A model generated the notes under the pieces. The model was not told the origin of the DNA and made no database searches. It saw only the letters and a list, made by a program, of their open reading frames with translations. This document shows, piece after piece, positions 54,379 to 62,114 of a stretch of 64,000 nucleotides of DNA. Every line of letters starts with the position of its first letter. Position 1 is the first letter of the stretch. Position numbers and translations under genes: made by a program. This DNA comes from Candidatus Iainarchaeum sp. (GTDB lineage: Archaea; Micrarchaeota; Micrarchaeia; Anstonellales; Bilamarchaeaceae): positions 20,745 to 84,744 of the forward strand of contig JAQUBA010000002.1 in NCBI GenBank assembly GCA_028686985.1, read 5' to 3'.

Positions 54379-54993
54379 ATGTCAAATGGTGGACAAATAA
54401 CCCGAGAAAGGCAGCAACCTGCCGAGACAGCGGCACAAGCCCATGTTTTCACCTATAACGAAACATTGACCCAGACGCTCCCCAATGGAAACCAAATCAG
54501 CTACCAGATTGGCTCGGATACTGTTGATGTGCGGGATGCACGGGGCATCCTTAAAGCACTCACAAACGCCCCAAGCCAGGTGAGCGTCCTCCGGATTGAG
54601 GGGGACCAGGAAGTAGAGCTCAACGATCTCCAGAAACACGAGCTGGGCGAGAGGCTGGGAGAACGCGGCGGCGATTTTGCCCTCGCTGGAGGCAGGGTTG
54701 AGCTTACCGGTGCGCCTGAAATCACCGTAATTCCCACTGAAGAGGTTGCCGCGGAAAGGCAGCAGGCAAGGTGGGTTACGATAAGAAGCAACGAATATGA
54801 ACAAAATGTTAGCGCTGAAAACCAACGTTCCTATTCCAGTGTTGAGATAGACATGAACGCGCTTACCGACGACCAAAAGCGTGAATTGGGCTTTTTCAGG
54901 GGCGGGCAGTCCTCCCTCAGTTCGCAGGAACTTCTGGCTTGGAGCGGAAGGGCGGAAAACCACTCAGTGGTCAGAAACAGGACGCGGCATTAG
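54379..54993 (+). CDS. Orphan family A protein
   Basis: IDMNALTDDQKR domain; Arg-rich C-terminus. Confidence 0.75.
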   Translation: MSNGGQITRERQQPAETAAQAHVFTYNETLTQTLPNGNQISYQIGSDTVDVRDARGILKALTNAPSQVSVLRIEGDQEVELNDLQKHELGERLGERGGDFALAGGRVELTGAPEITVIPTEEVAAERQQARWVTIRSNEYEQNVSAENQRSYSSVEIDMNALTDDQKRELGFFRGGQSSLSSQELLAWSGRAENHSVVRNRTRH

Positions 54994-55022
54994 GGCATTT
55001 TAGCCAGTTTCGGCTGCCCCGG

Positions 55023-55379
55023 CTATTTTTTCTTTATCGCCATCAGCGGGAGCAGCGCACATTTTAATCTTGAGGGGTTTTTTGAGAGGTCCAGCCCAAG
55101 CAGTTCCATCATTTTTTCCTTCCCAAGCCCCTTCATCTCCTCCATCGTCCTCCCCTTCGCATAATCCGCAAGCAGGGATGCGGAGGCGATGCTTATGGCA
55201 CATCCTTCGCCCGTAAAAGAAGCATCAGCAACCCTCCCATTCCTGATTTTCAAAAATATCCTCACCCTGTCCCCGCAGACCGGGTTCTCGCCCTCTGCAA
55301 CCACGTCCGCGTCCTCCATCTCCCCGCGGTTGGGCGCATTCTTCCAAATCTCCATTATCCTGGAATAGTCCACGCTCAT
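55023..55379 (-). CDS. sufU: SufU/IscU-type Fe-S scaffold
   Basis: NPVCGD, GCAISIASAS, RLKCALL. Confidence 0.92.
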   Translation of the reverse strand: MSVDYSRIMEIWKNAPNRGEMEDADVVAEGENPVCGDRVRIFLKIRNGRVADASFTGEGCAISIASASLLADYAKGRTMEEMKGLGKEKMMELLGLDLSKNPSRLKCALLPLMAIKKK

Positions 55380-56575
55380 GCAAAGACCTTCTTTACCTTC
55401 CTTATGCCTTCCACCAGCCGGTCCACCTCCTCCTTTGTATTGTACAGATGGAAACTGGCCCGTGCGGAACTCTCCAACCCCAACCTGTCGTGCAGAGGCT
55501 GCGCGCAGTGGTGGCCGCTCCTTATCTCTATCCCGTCCTCGTCCAGGATGGTTGCCACATCGTGCGGATGCACGCCCGGAACGTTGAAGGAAACAAGGCC
55601 GGTCCGCTTGCGCGCGTCCAACGGCCCGTATATTGAAACCTCGCCCTTCATTTTCGCAATCGCATATGTAATCAATTCAACCTCGTGCTTCCTTATCTCC
55701 TCCATCCCCACCCTGTTCAAATAATCTATCGCAGCCCCAAGCCCAATCGCCCCTTCTATATTGGGCGTGCCCGCCTCAAACTTGTGCGGAAGCTCGTTCC
55801 ATTTTGAGCCCTCCTTCTTCACCTCAAGTATCATGTCCCCGCCATAAAGGAACGGCCCCATTTTCTCCAGCAATTCTTTCCGCCCATACAAAACCCCTAT
55901 CCCCGTGGGCGCGAGCATCTTGTGCCCGGTGAATGCGAGGAAGTCGCAGCCCATCCTCTTCACATCAACCGGCATGTGGGGGACGCTCTGGGAGGCGTCT
56001 ATCACCGCAACACCGCCGCCCTCGTGCGCGACCCTGCAAATCCCCTCCGCATCGTTTATCGTCCCGAGCACATTTGAGGCGTGCAGAATGGATACTATCT
56101 TTGAGCCGGATGCCTTCTCCAGCTCCGCCAGTTCCCCGTCCCCGTCAATATCCACGAATTCCAGCTTCGCCTTCTTTTTCTTGGCAAGGAACTGCCACGG
56201 CACGAAGTTGGAATGGTGCTCCATTATGGAAATGGAAACCCTGTCACCCGCATCCACGTTCGCCATTCCGTAGGAATACATCACTAAATTCAGGGCTTCG
56301 GACGCATTCTTCACAAAAATGATTTCCTCCTCGCTCGCATTGATGAACTCCGCCACTTTCCTGCGCGCATCCTCGTACGCAATTGTGGATTCCTCGCTCA
56401 GCTTATGGACTCCGCGATGTACATTTGCATTATACTCGGAATAGTAGCGCACAATCGCATCAATCACCTGGCGCGGCTTCTGGCTCGTCGCCCCGTTGTC
56501 CAAATAAGCGATCTTTTTCCCGTTCACAACCCTTTCCAGAATCGGAAAATCCTTTCTTATCTTCCCAACATCCAT
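55376..56575 (-). CDS. sufS: Cysteine desulfurase SufS
   Basis: YLDNGATSQKP, GHKM, RSGHHCAQP. Confidence 0.96.
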   Translation of the reverse strand: MDVGKIRKDFPILERVVNGKKIAYLDNGATSQKPRQVIDAIVRYYSEYNANVHRGVHKLSEESTIAYEDARRKVAEFINASEEEIIFVKNASEALNLVMYSYGMANVDAGDRVSISIMEHHSNFVPWQFLAKKKKAKLEFVDIDGDGELAELEKASGSKIVSILHASNVLGTINDAEGICRVAHEGGGVAVIDASQSVPHMPVDVKRMGCDFLAFTGHKMLAPTGIGVLYGRKELLEKMGPFLYGGDMILEVKKEGSKWNELPHKFEAGTPNIEGAIGLGAAIDYLNRVGMEEIRKHEVELITYAIAKMKGEVSIYGPLDARKRTGLVSFNVPGVHPHDVATILDEDGIEIRSGHHCAQPLHDRLGLESSARASFHLYNTKEEVDRLVEGIRKVKKVFA

Positions 56576-57301
56576 TCAAACCGCCTTGTACCCTTCCTTC
56601 TCTATCCTCTTCACGAGCGCAGGCCCGTCCATCTTCACAATCTTCCCGCCCTTCATCACCATGACGAAATCCGGCTTCACATATTTGAGCATGCGGCTGT
56701 AATGCGTAACAATGAGGAAAGTCCGTTCCCCGCCCTTCATCCTGTTTATCGCCTTGGCGACCGCCTTCAGCGCATCAACGTCCAATCCCGAATCAATCTC
56801 GTCCAGCAACACCAATTTTGGCTGCAGGACCTCCATCTGCACAATCTCCGCCTTCTTCTTCTCCCCCCCGGAAAACCCGACGTTCAAATCCCTCTTACCC
56901 GCGTCCAGCCCGAGCCTTCCGCCCGCATCCTCCACCTTCCCCTTCACGAGCGCCCAGTTCCGTATCTCTTCCTTCTTGTCCGCGGGCTTCGCCGCCTTCC
57001 GCATCAGCCCCTCCAGCTCCACCCCCTCTATCTCCTCAGGGTTCTGGAAGCTCATGAACATCCCAAGCCGCGCCCGTTCGTCCGCGGAAATAGGGATTAT
57101 GTCCCTGCCGTCCAATATTATCTTCCCCTTTGAGACATAATCAGGATTTCCCATCAATGCGTTGCAGAGGGAGCTCTTCCCGCTCCCGTTCGGGCCCATT
57201 ATGGCGTAGATTTTGCCTTTTTCAAGGGAAAAAGATACGCCCCCCACTATTTCCCTGCCCGCAACGGAAACGTGCAAATCTTCAACGCGCAGCATGGTCA
57301 T
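56576..57301 (-). CDS. sufC: Fe-S assembly ATPase SufC
   Basis: GPNGSGKS, FSGGEKK, LDEIDSGLDVD. Confidence 0.96.
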   Translation of the reverse strand: MTMLRVEDLHVSVAGREIVGGVSFSLEKGKIYAIMGPNGSGKSSLCNALMGNPDYVSKGKIILDGRDIIPISADERARLGMFMSFQNPEEIEGVELEGLMRKAAKPADKKEEIRNWALVKGKVEDAGGRLGLDAGKRDLNVGFSGGEKKKAEIVQMEVLQPKLVLLDEIDSGLDVDALKAVAKAINRMKGGERTFLIVTHYSRMLKYVKPDFVMVMKGGKIVKMDGPALVKRIEKEGYKAV

Positions 57302-57714
57302 ATCACTTTTTCCTCCAGTGAAATCGGGCAGAAATCCCTCACGCCCTTCATCTTCCCTATGTGTGCAATCACGCCATTCACAACCCCCGCCGGCCCGACC
57401 AATTCTATTCCAATCCCGTAAGGCCCCGTGGCCTGGTAGACTGCAGTGACCGTGTGCATCTTCTTCACCGATTCAATAATCGCAAGGTAATTCCTCCTGT
57501 CCGCATTGAGAACGACCAGCGCCCTCTTCCAGCCTATCATCCTCTCATTCAGCAGGACGGTGCTCCCCACGATTATCCCCTTTGATTTCAGCTTCTCTAT
57601 CCTCTTCTGCGCCGCGGGCTGGCTCATGCCCAGCTCCTTCGCTATTCTGGAAAGCGACATCCTGGAATCCTTCAGGAGCATATGCAATATCCTGAGGTCC
57701 GATCGGTCCATCAT
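57298..57714 (-). CDS. Lrp/AsnC-family transcriptional regulator
   Basis: DLRILHML..DSRMS..IAKELG HTH, TGPYG; start at MMDRSD. Confidence 0.9.
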   Translation of the reverse strand: MMDRSDLRILHMLLKDSRMSLSRIAKELGMSQPAAQKRIEKLKSKGIIVGSTVLLNERMIGWKRALVVLNADRRNYLAIIESVKKMHTVTAVYQATGPYGIGIELVGPAGVVNGVIAHIGKMKGVRDFCPISLEEKVI

Positions 57715-57726
57715 GTTTATTTTATT

Positions 57727-57739
57727 AACCATAATGGTT
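57727..57739. promoter_or_regulatory. Palindrome AACCAT-A-ATGGTT between divergent lrp-sufCSU and sufB
   Basis: Perfect 6-1-6 inverted repeat in a ~50 bp divergent spacer. Confidence 0.5.
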
Positions 57740-57767
57740 TAAAAATATAACCTATTCAAGATTACGC

Positions 57768-59084
57768 ATGGAGCTTAGCGCCGGTGTTGTAAATCACATC
57801 TCATCCGCGAAAAAGGAGCCGGAATGTATGCTCAAAAGGCGGATGGACGCATACCGCCTATTCTCAGAAATGCCCATGCCTAAGTTCGGGCCCAGCCTCG
57901 CCCCCATGAAGCTGGATGAAATAGAATGGTACTCGGAAGGCACCGGGAAAAAGAGGGACTGGGGGGAGGTGGACCCGGCGATAAGGGAGAAATTCGAGAA
58001 ATTGGGCGTGCCGGAAGCCGAGAGGAAGTTCCTCGCCGGATTGGAAGCACAATTAGAATCAGAAGCGGTCTATGGAAATTTGAAGAAGGAGTGGGAAAGC
58101 AAAGGCGTAATATTCACTAATATGGACGAAGCGCTGCAGAAGCATCCTGAATTGGTAAAAAGATACCTGGGGAAAGCAATCCCCCCATCGGACAACAAGT
58201 TTGCGGCGCTCACGGATGCCGTATGGAGCGGCGGCTCTTTCTTGTATGTGCCGCGCGGCGTTAAGCTGGATGCCCCCCTGCACGCATATTTCATGATTTC
58301 CAAGGAAGGAATCGGGCAGTTTGAGAGGACAGTGATCATTGCGGAGGAGGGCAGCTCCGTTCATTATGTGGAAGGTTGTAGTGCGCCTCTTTTCCCGCGC
58401 AGTAACTTACATACGGGCGTCGTAGAGATTTTCGCGGAAAAAAATGCGCACGTCCGTTATACCACCCTCCAAAATTGGTCGCACAATGTCTATAACCTGG
58501 TCACGCAGAGGGGGATTGCAAAGGAGAATGCAACGATAGAGTGGATAGATGGGAACATGGGCTCCCTTACCACTATGAAATATCCGACCGTGATACTCGC
58601 GGGCGAGGGCGCGAAGGGGAGCGTCCTCTCAGTCTCCGTGGCTTCTGGAAAGCAGAACCAGGATTCCGGCGGGAAAGTGGTGCATCTCGCGCCCAATACC
58701 TCTTCCACCATTATTTCCAAATCCGTAAGCTCAAAGGGCGGGGTGGCGACCTTCCGCGCCTCTGTGGACATAAAGCCCGAGGCAAAAAATTCCAATTCCT
58801 TCGTGAAATGCCAGGGCCTGATGCTGGACGGGATTTCCAAGAACAATTCCATCCCCAAATTCCTTGTGGGTAACGGGGATTCCTTCGTATCCCACGAGGC
58901 GAGCGCGGGCAGGATTAGCGAGAAGAAATTGTTTTATCTGATGAGCCGGGGATTGAGCAGGAAAGAGGCGGAGGAATTGCTCGTTGTAGGATTTTTGGAA
59001 TCCTTCCTGAAGGAATTGCCTTTTGAGTATGCGGTGGAGTTCAACCGCCTGCTGCAGATGGAGATAGGAACGCAGGCGATATAG
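57768..59084 (+). CDS. sufB: Fe-S assembly protein SufB
   Basis: DNKFAAL..WSGGSF, GQFERT, YVEGCSAP, HEA, ELPFEYAVE. Confidence 0.95.
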   Translation: MELSAGVVNHISSAKKEPECMLKRRMDAYRLFSEMPMPKFGPSLAPMKLDEIEWYSEGTGKKRDWGEVDPAIREKFEKLGVPEAERKFLAGLEAQLESEAVYGNLKKEWESKGVIFTNMDEALQKHPELVKRYLGKAIPPSDNKFAALTDAVWSGGSFLYVPRGVKLDAPLHAYFMISKEGIGQFERTVIIAEEGSSVHYVEGCSAPLFPRSNLHTGVVEIFAEKNAHVRYTTLQNWSHNVYNLVTQRGIAKENATIEWIDGNMGSLTTMKYPTVILAGEGAKGSVLSVSVASGKQNQDSGGKVVHLAPNTSSTIISKSVSSKGGVATFRASVDIKPEAKNSNSFVKCQGLMLDGISKNNSIPKFLVGNGDSFVSHEASAGRISEKKLFYLMSRGLSRKEAEELLVVGFLESFLKELPFEYAVEFNRLLQMEIGTQAI

Positions 59085-59089
59085 GTCAT

Positions 59090-59329
59090 CTACTGGAAAG
59101 CCTTGACCTCCCAGATGTACTTGTTCCGGGTGGAAACCGGCTCAACCGAAACCCTCAGCTTGTGCCCGTTTTCCTTCAAATAGTCGCCCAGCCGCTGGAG
59201 CGCTGCATTGTCAATTTCGTCCGTATTGACCCAGGAGCAGGATTTCTTCGTGACTATGCAGTCTGCGAGCGCCTCGGCGTCCGTTTCGGACAGCCCCATC
59301 TCCTTAAGCTTGTCCCGTATCTCGCCCAT
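59090..59329 (-). CDS. Small hypothetical protein
   Basis: Clean ~79-aa ORF with genome-typical composition. Confidence 0.6.
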   Translation of the reverse strand: MGEIRDKLKEMGLSETDAEALADCIVTKKSCSWVNTDEIDNAALQRLGDYLKENGHKLRVSVEPVSTRNKYIWEVKAFQ

Positions 59330-59417
59330 GCGCCGGATTTGCACTTAAACCCTTATAATGATTGCGCACCGCCGACCCCGCCGTGTTTTAAAACCTTTCC
59401 CACGTAAATAACTCTGC

Positions 59418-59468
59418 TCTTTCAAGTCCCTTAAACGGGGCGAGCCGCGCAATGCGGCGAGAAAGGTG
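59418..59468 (+). promoter_or_regulatory. Putative structured 5' leader of r-protein operon
   Basis: CTTTC/GAAAG enclosing GTCCC/GGGGC and GCCGC/GCGGC hairpins; overlaps AGGTG RBS. Confidence 0.45.
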
Positions 59469-59473
59469 TTTAT

Positions 59474-59821
59474 ATGGAAAAAGGACCTGAGAACAAGCGC
59501 CTGCTTGAGCTCGTGACGCAGCTCATGAAGGCGAACAAAGGGATATGGAGGAAGGCGGCGGACGAGCTTTCCAGGCCCACGCGCAGGAGGCGCGAGGTCA
59601 ACGTGAGCAAGATTAACAAATACGCGAAGGAAGGCTCCGTGGTGCTCGTGCCGGGCAAGGTCCTTGGCTCAGGCTTCATCGCGAAGAAGGTAACGGTGGC
59701 CGCGTTCAACTTCAGCGGCACCGCGAGGGCGCTCATAGAGAAGAGCGGCGGCCGCGCGATAGGCATTGACCGGCTCATGGCGGAGAACCCGCAGGGCAAG
59801 GACGTCGTAATCCTGGTGTAG
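59474..59821 (+). CDS. rpl18e: 50S ribosomal protein eL18
   Basis: RPTRRRREVNVSKI, VPGKVLGSG. Confidence 0.96.
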   Translation: MEKGPENKRLLELVTQLMKANKGIWRKAADELSRPTRRRREVNVSKINKYAKEGSVVLVPGKVLGSGFIAKKVTVAAFNFSGTARALIEKSGGRAIGIDRLMAENPQGKDVVILV

Positions 59822-60250
59822 GTGATTTTCATGGTCGTCATAAACGCTGAAAACGCAAGGGTCGGGAGGCTCGCGACGCACGTCACGAAGGAGCTCCTGA
59901 AGGGGAACGAGGTTCACATAATCAACGCCGAGAAGGCGATAATCTCCGGAAACCCGAAGGACATACATGCGAAGTACCTTGAGAAGAGGTCCTTCCAGTA
60001 CAAGGGAGAACCGTCCAAGTCCCCGAAGTGGCCGAAGGTGCCGCACCTCTTTGTGAGGAGGCTCATCAGGGGGATGCTGCCGCGCAAGAAGGCGAAGGGC
60101 AGGGCCGCCTACAAGAAGCTCAAGGTTTATGCCGGTGCGCCCGAGACCGTAAAGGGCGAGGTAAAAGTGATAAAGGAGGCGGACAAGGGGGCGCTGAACA
60201 AGTACATCAGCATCAGGGAGCTGTGCAGGCTGCTCGGCCACCAGGAGTGA
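59822..60250 (+). CDS. rpl13: 50S ribosomal protein uL13
   Basis: GRLAT, NAEKAIISG, RGMLP. Confidence 0.96.
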   Translation: MIFMVVINAENARVGRLATHVTKELLKGNEVHIINAEKAIISGNPKDIHAKYLEKRSFQYKGEPSKSPKWPKVPHLFVRRLIRGMLPRKKAKGRAAYKKLKVYAGAPETVKGEVKVIKEADKGALNKYISIRELCRLLGHQE

Positions 60251-60255
60251 TGATT

Positions 60256-60900
60256 ATGGCGGAAGAGAAGAAGGAAAAGCAGAAGGAAAAGAAGGCAAAG
60301 CCGACCGAGGAAAAAAAAGAGGCAAAGCCTGAAGCCCACGTGCCGAAGCCGGCGGAAAAGCCGGCGCAGGCGCCCAAGCCCGCGGAGGCGAAGCCGCACT
60401 CTGCGCAGGCAGAGGCAAAGCCGCATGCGGCGCCTGCAGAGGCGAAGCACGCCGCTCCGCCCGAGAAGCCGGGGAAGAAATCCAAGAAGCCCCGCAAGAA
60501 GGCGAGCAAGGTGGAGGTCGCCAGGGGCAAGAGGAAGACCTCGGTCGCGAGGGCCTCGGTGAAGGAAGGCAGCGGCCGCATACGCGTAAACAGCCTGCTC
60601 AGCAGCGCAATCCACAACAGGTACATACGGGACATGATAGAGGAGCCGCTCAGGGTGGCAGGCCCCGAGGGCAACAAGGTGGACGTGGACGTGAGCATGT
60701 ACGGAGGCGGCGAGATGGGCCAGGCGCAGGCGGCAAGGACCGCAATCGCGCGTGCGCTCGCCAAGTATTTCGGCGAGGGGCTCAAGAACACTTACGACGA
60801 AGCGGACAAATATTTCCTGTGCGAGGACCCGAGAAGGGTGGAACCCAAGAAATACAAGGGAAGGAAGGCGAGGGCAAGGTTCCAGAAATCCTATAGGTGA
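60256..60900 (+). CDS. rps9: 30S ribosomal protein uS9 with low-complexity N-terminal extension
   Basis: GKRKTSVARA, GGGEMGQA, ARARFQKSYR. Confidence 0.95.
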   Translation: MAEEKKEKQKEKKAKPTEEKKEAKPEAHVPKPAEKPAQAPKPAEAKPHSAQAEAKPHAAPAEAKHAAPPEKPGKKSKKPRKKASKVEVARGKRKTSVARASVKEGSGRIRVNSLLSSAIHNRYIRDMIEEPLRVAGPEGNKVDVDVSMYGGGEMGQAQAARTAIARALAKYFGEGLKNTYDEADKYFLCEDPRRVEPKKYKGRKARARFQKSYR

Positions 60901-60904
60901 ACTG

Positions 60905-61099
60905 ATGGAATTTCCGGTGAGGTGTTTCAGCTGCGGTGCGGTTATCGGGCACCTTTACGAGGAGTACAAGAAGGGCATTGAGACGGGCTCCGCCGAGCAG
61001 GTGCTCAACAGCATGGGCATAGAAAGGTACTGCTGCAGGCGGATGTTCGTGAGCCACGTGGAGGGAATGGACCTCATAAAGAAATACAAGAAGCTCTGA
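60905..61099 (+). CDS. rpoN: RNA polymerase subunit N (Rpo10)
   Basis: PVRCFSCG, RYCCRRM. Confidence 0.97.
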   Translation: MEFPVRCFSCGAVIGHLYEEYKKGIETGSAEQVLNSMGIERYCCRRMFVSHVEGMDLIKKYKKL

Positions 61100-61110
61100 A
61101 ACGGGCCGGC

Positions 61111-61183
61111 GGGGTCGTGAGGTAACCTGGCAACCTGCAAGCTTGGGGTGCTTGTTATCTGGGTTCAAATCCCGGCGACCCCA
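61111..61183 (+). tRNA. tRNA-Pro(GGG)
   Basis: GGGGTCG/CGACCCC acceptor, CAAGC-TT-GGG-GT-GCTTG anticodon arm, GGTTCAAATCC. Confidence 0.95.
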
Positions 61184-61201
61184 AAAACAATGGTGATTCG
61201 G

Positions 61202-62041
61202 ATGGAAAATGAAGAAATCAAATCGTCAATGCTGCTCGCACAGGACAAGTACCTGGAGGCGGGGGTGCACATAGGCACGAGGTTCAAGACAATTGACATG
61301 AAGCCGTTCATATTCAAGAGGAGGGACGACGGCCTTTTCATACTGGACCTCAGGAAGATAGACGAGAGGATAAGGCTCGCGGCCAAGATCCTCTCCAAAT
61401 ACAGGCCGGAGGAGGTCATGGTCGTCGCCTCCAGGCTCTACTCGGCCAACGCCGCCGGCAAGTTCGCGGCGCTCACCGGAGTGGACATAACCAAGGGCAG
61501 GTTCATCCCTGGAACGATGACCAACGTCAAGCTCCCGGTGTTCAAGGAGCCGAAGATAATGCTGGTCTGCGACCCGAAGGGTGAGCAGGAGGCGGTCAGG
61601 GAGGCCGTCAAGCTCGGAATACCGGTAATTGCACTCTGCGACTCGGACAATAATACTGCATTCATAGACTGGGTGGTCCCCACCAACAACAAGGGCCGCA
61701 AGGCGCTTGCGCTGGTGTTCTATCTCCTCGCCCGCGAGCTCATGATGGCCCAGGGCAAGATAGCGTCCTACGACCAGTTCCAGCACAGGATAGACTACTT
61801 TGAGAGGTTTGAGGACGAGAGGACCGAGGAAATCGCCAAGGAGATAGAGGCCGAGGAGGCGAAGGCGAAGGCGGACGACCTTGAGGCGGCTAAGCAGGTT
61901 TCAGAGGCCAAGGCAGCGGAAGCGGAGAAAGGGGAAGAAGGGGGGAAGAAGGCAGAAGAAAAGGCAGAGGGAAAGGAAGAGAAAGCCGAGGGGAAGGCAG
62001 AAGAGAAGAAGGAAGGGAAAAAGGAAGAGAAGGCGGAGTGA
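61202..62041 (+). CDS. rps2: 30S ribosomal protein uS2 with E/K-rich tail
   Basis: YLEAGVHIG, GRFIPGTMTN, PTNNKG. Confidence 0.96.
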   Translation: MENEEIKSSMLLAQDKYLEAGVHIGTRFKTIDMKPFIFKRRDDGLFILDLRKIDERIRLAAKILSKYRPEEVMVVASRLYSANAAGKFAALTGVDITKGRFIPGTMTNVKLPVFKEPKIMLVCDPKGEQEAVREAVKLGIPVIALCDSDNNTAFIDWVVPTNNKGRKALALVFYLLARELMMAQGKIASYDQFQHRIDYFERFEDERTEEIAKEIEAEEAKAKADDLEAAKQVSEAKAAEAEKGEEGGKKAEEKAEGKEEKAEGKAEEKKEGKKEEKAE

Positions 62042-62114
62042 ATCCCCGTACTTACTCCCTCCGGTTCGGGCCTTGCTGCCCCGCAGCTCTACGAGAGCTA
62101 TCCCAACCAGCCCT

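Noticed and set aside
34253-54993. Provirus or integrative element explanation for the orphan cluster
   Set aside because: No integrase, terminase, capsid or replication motifs, no att repeats, host-like GC and a housekeeping nuclease inside; not fully excluded without structure searches
60028-60249. Extra N-terminal extension of uS9 in the ORF track
   Set aside because: Overlaps rpl13 in another frame; real start at 60250/60256
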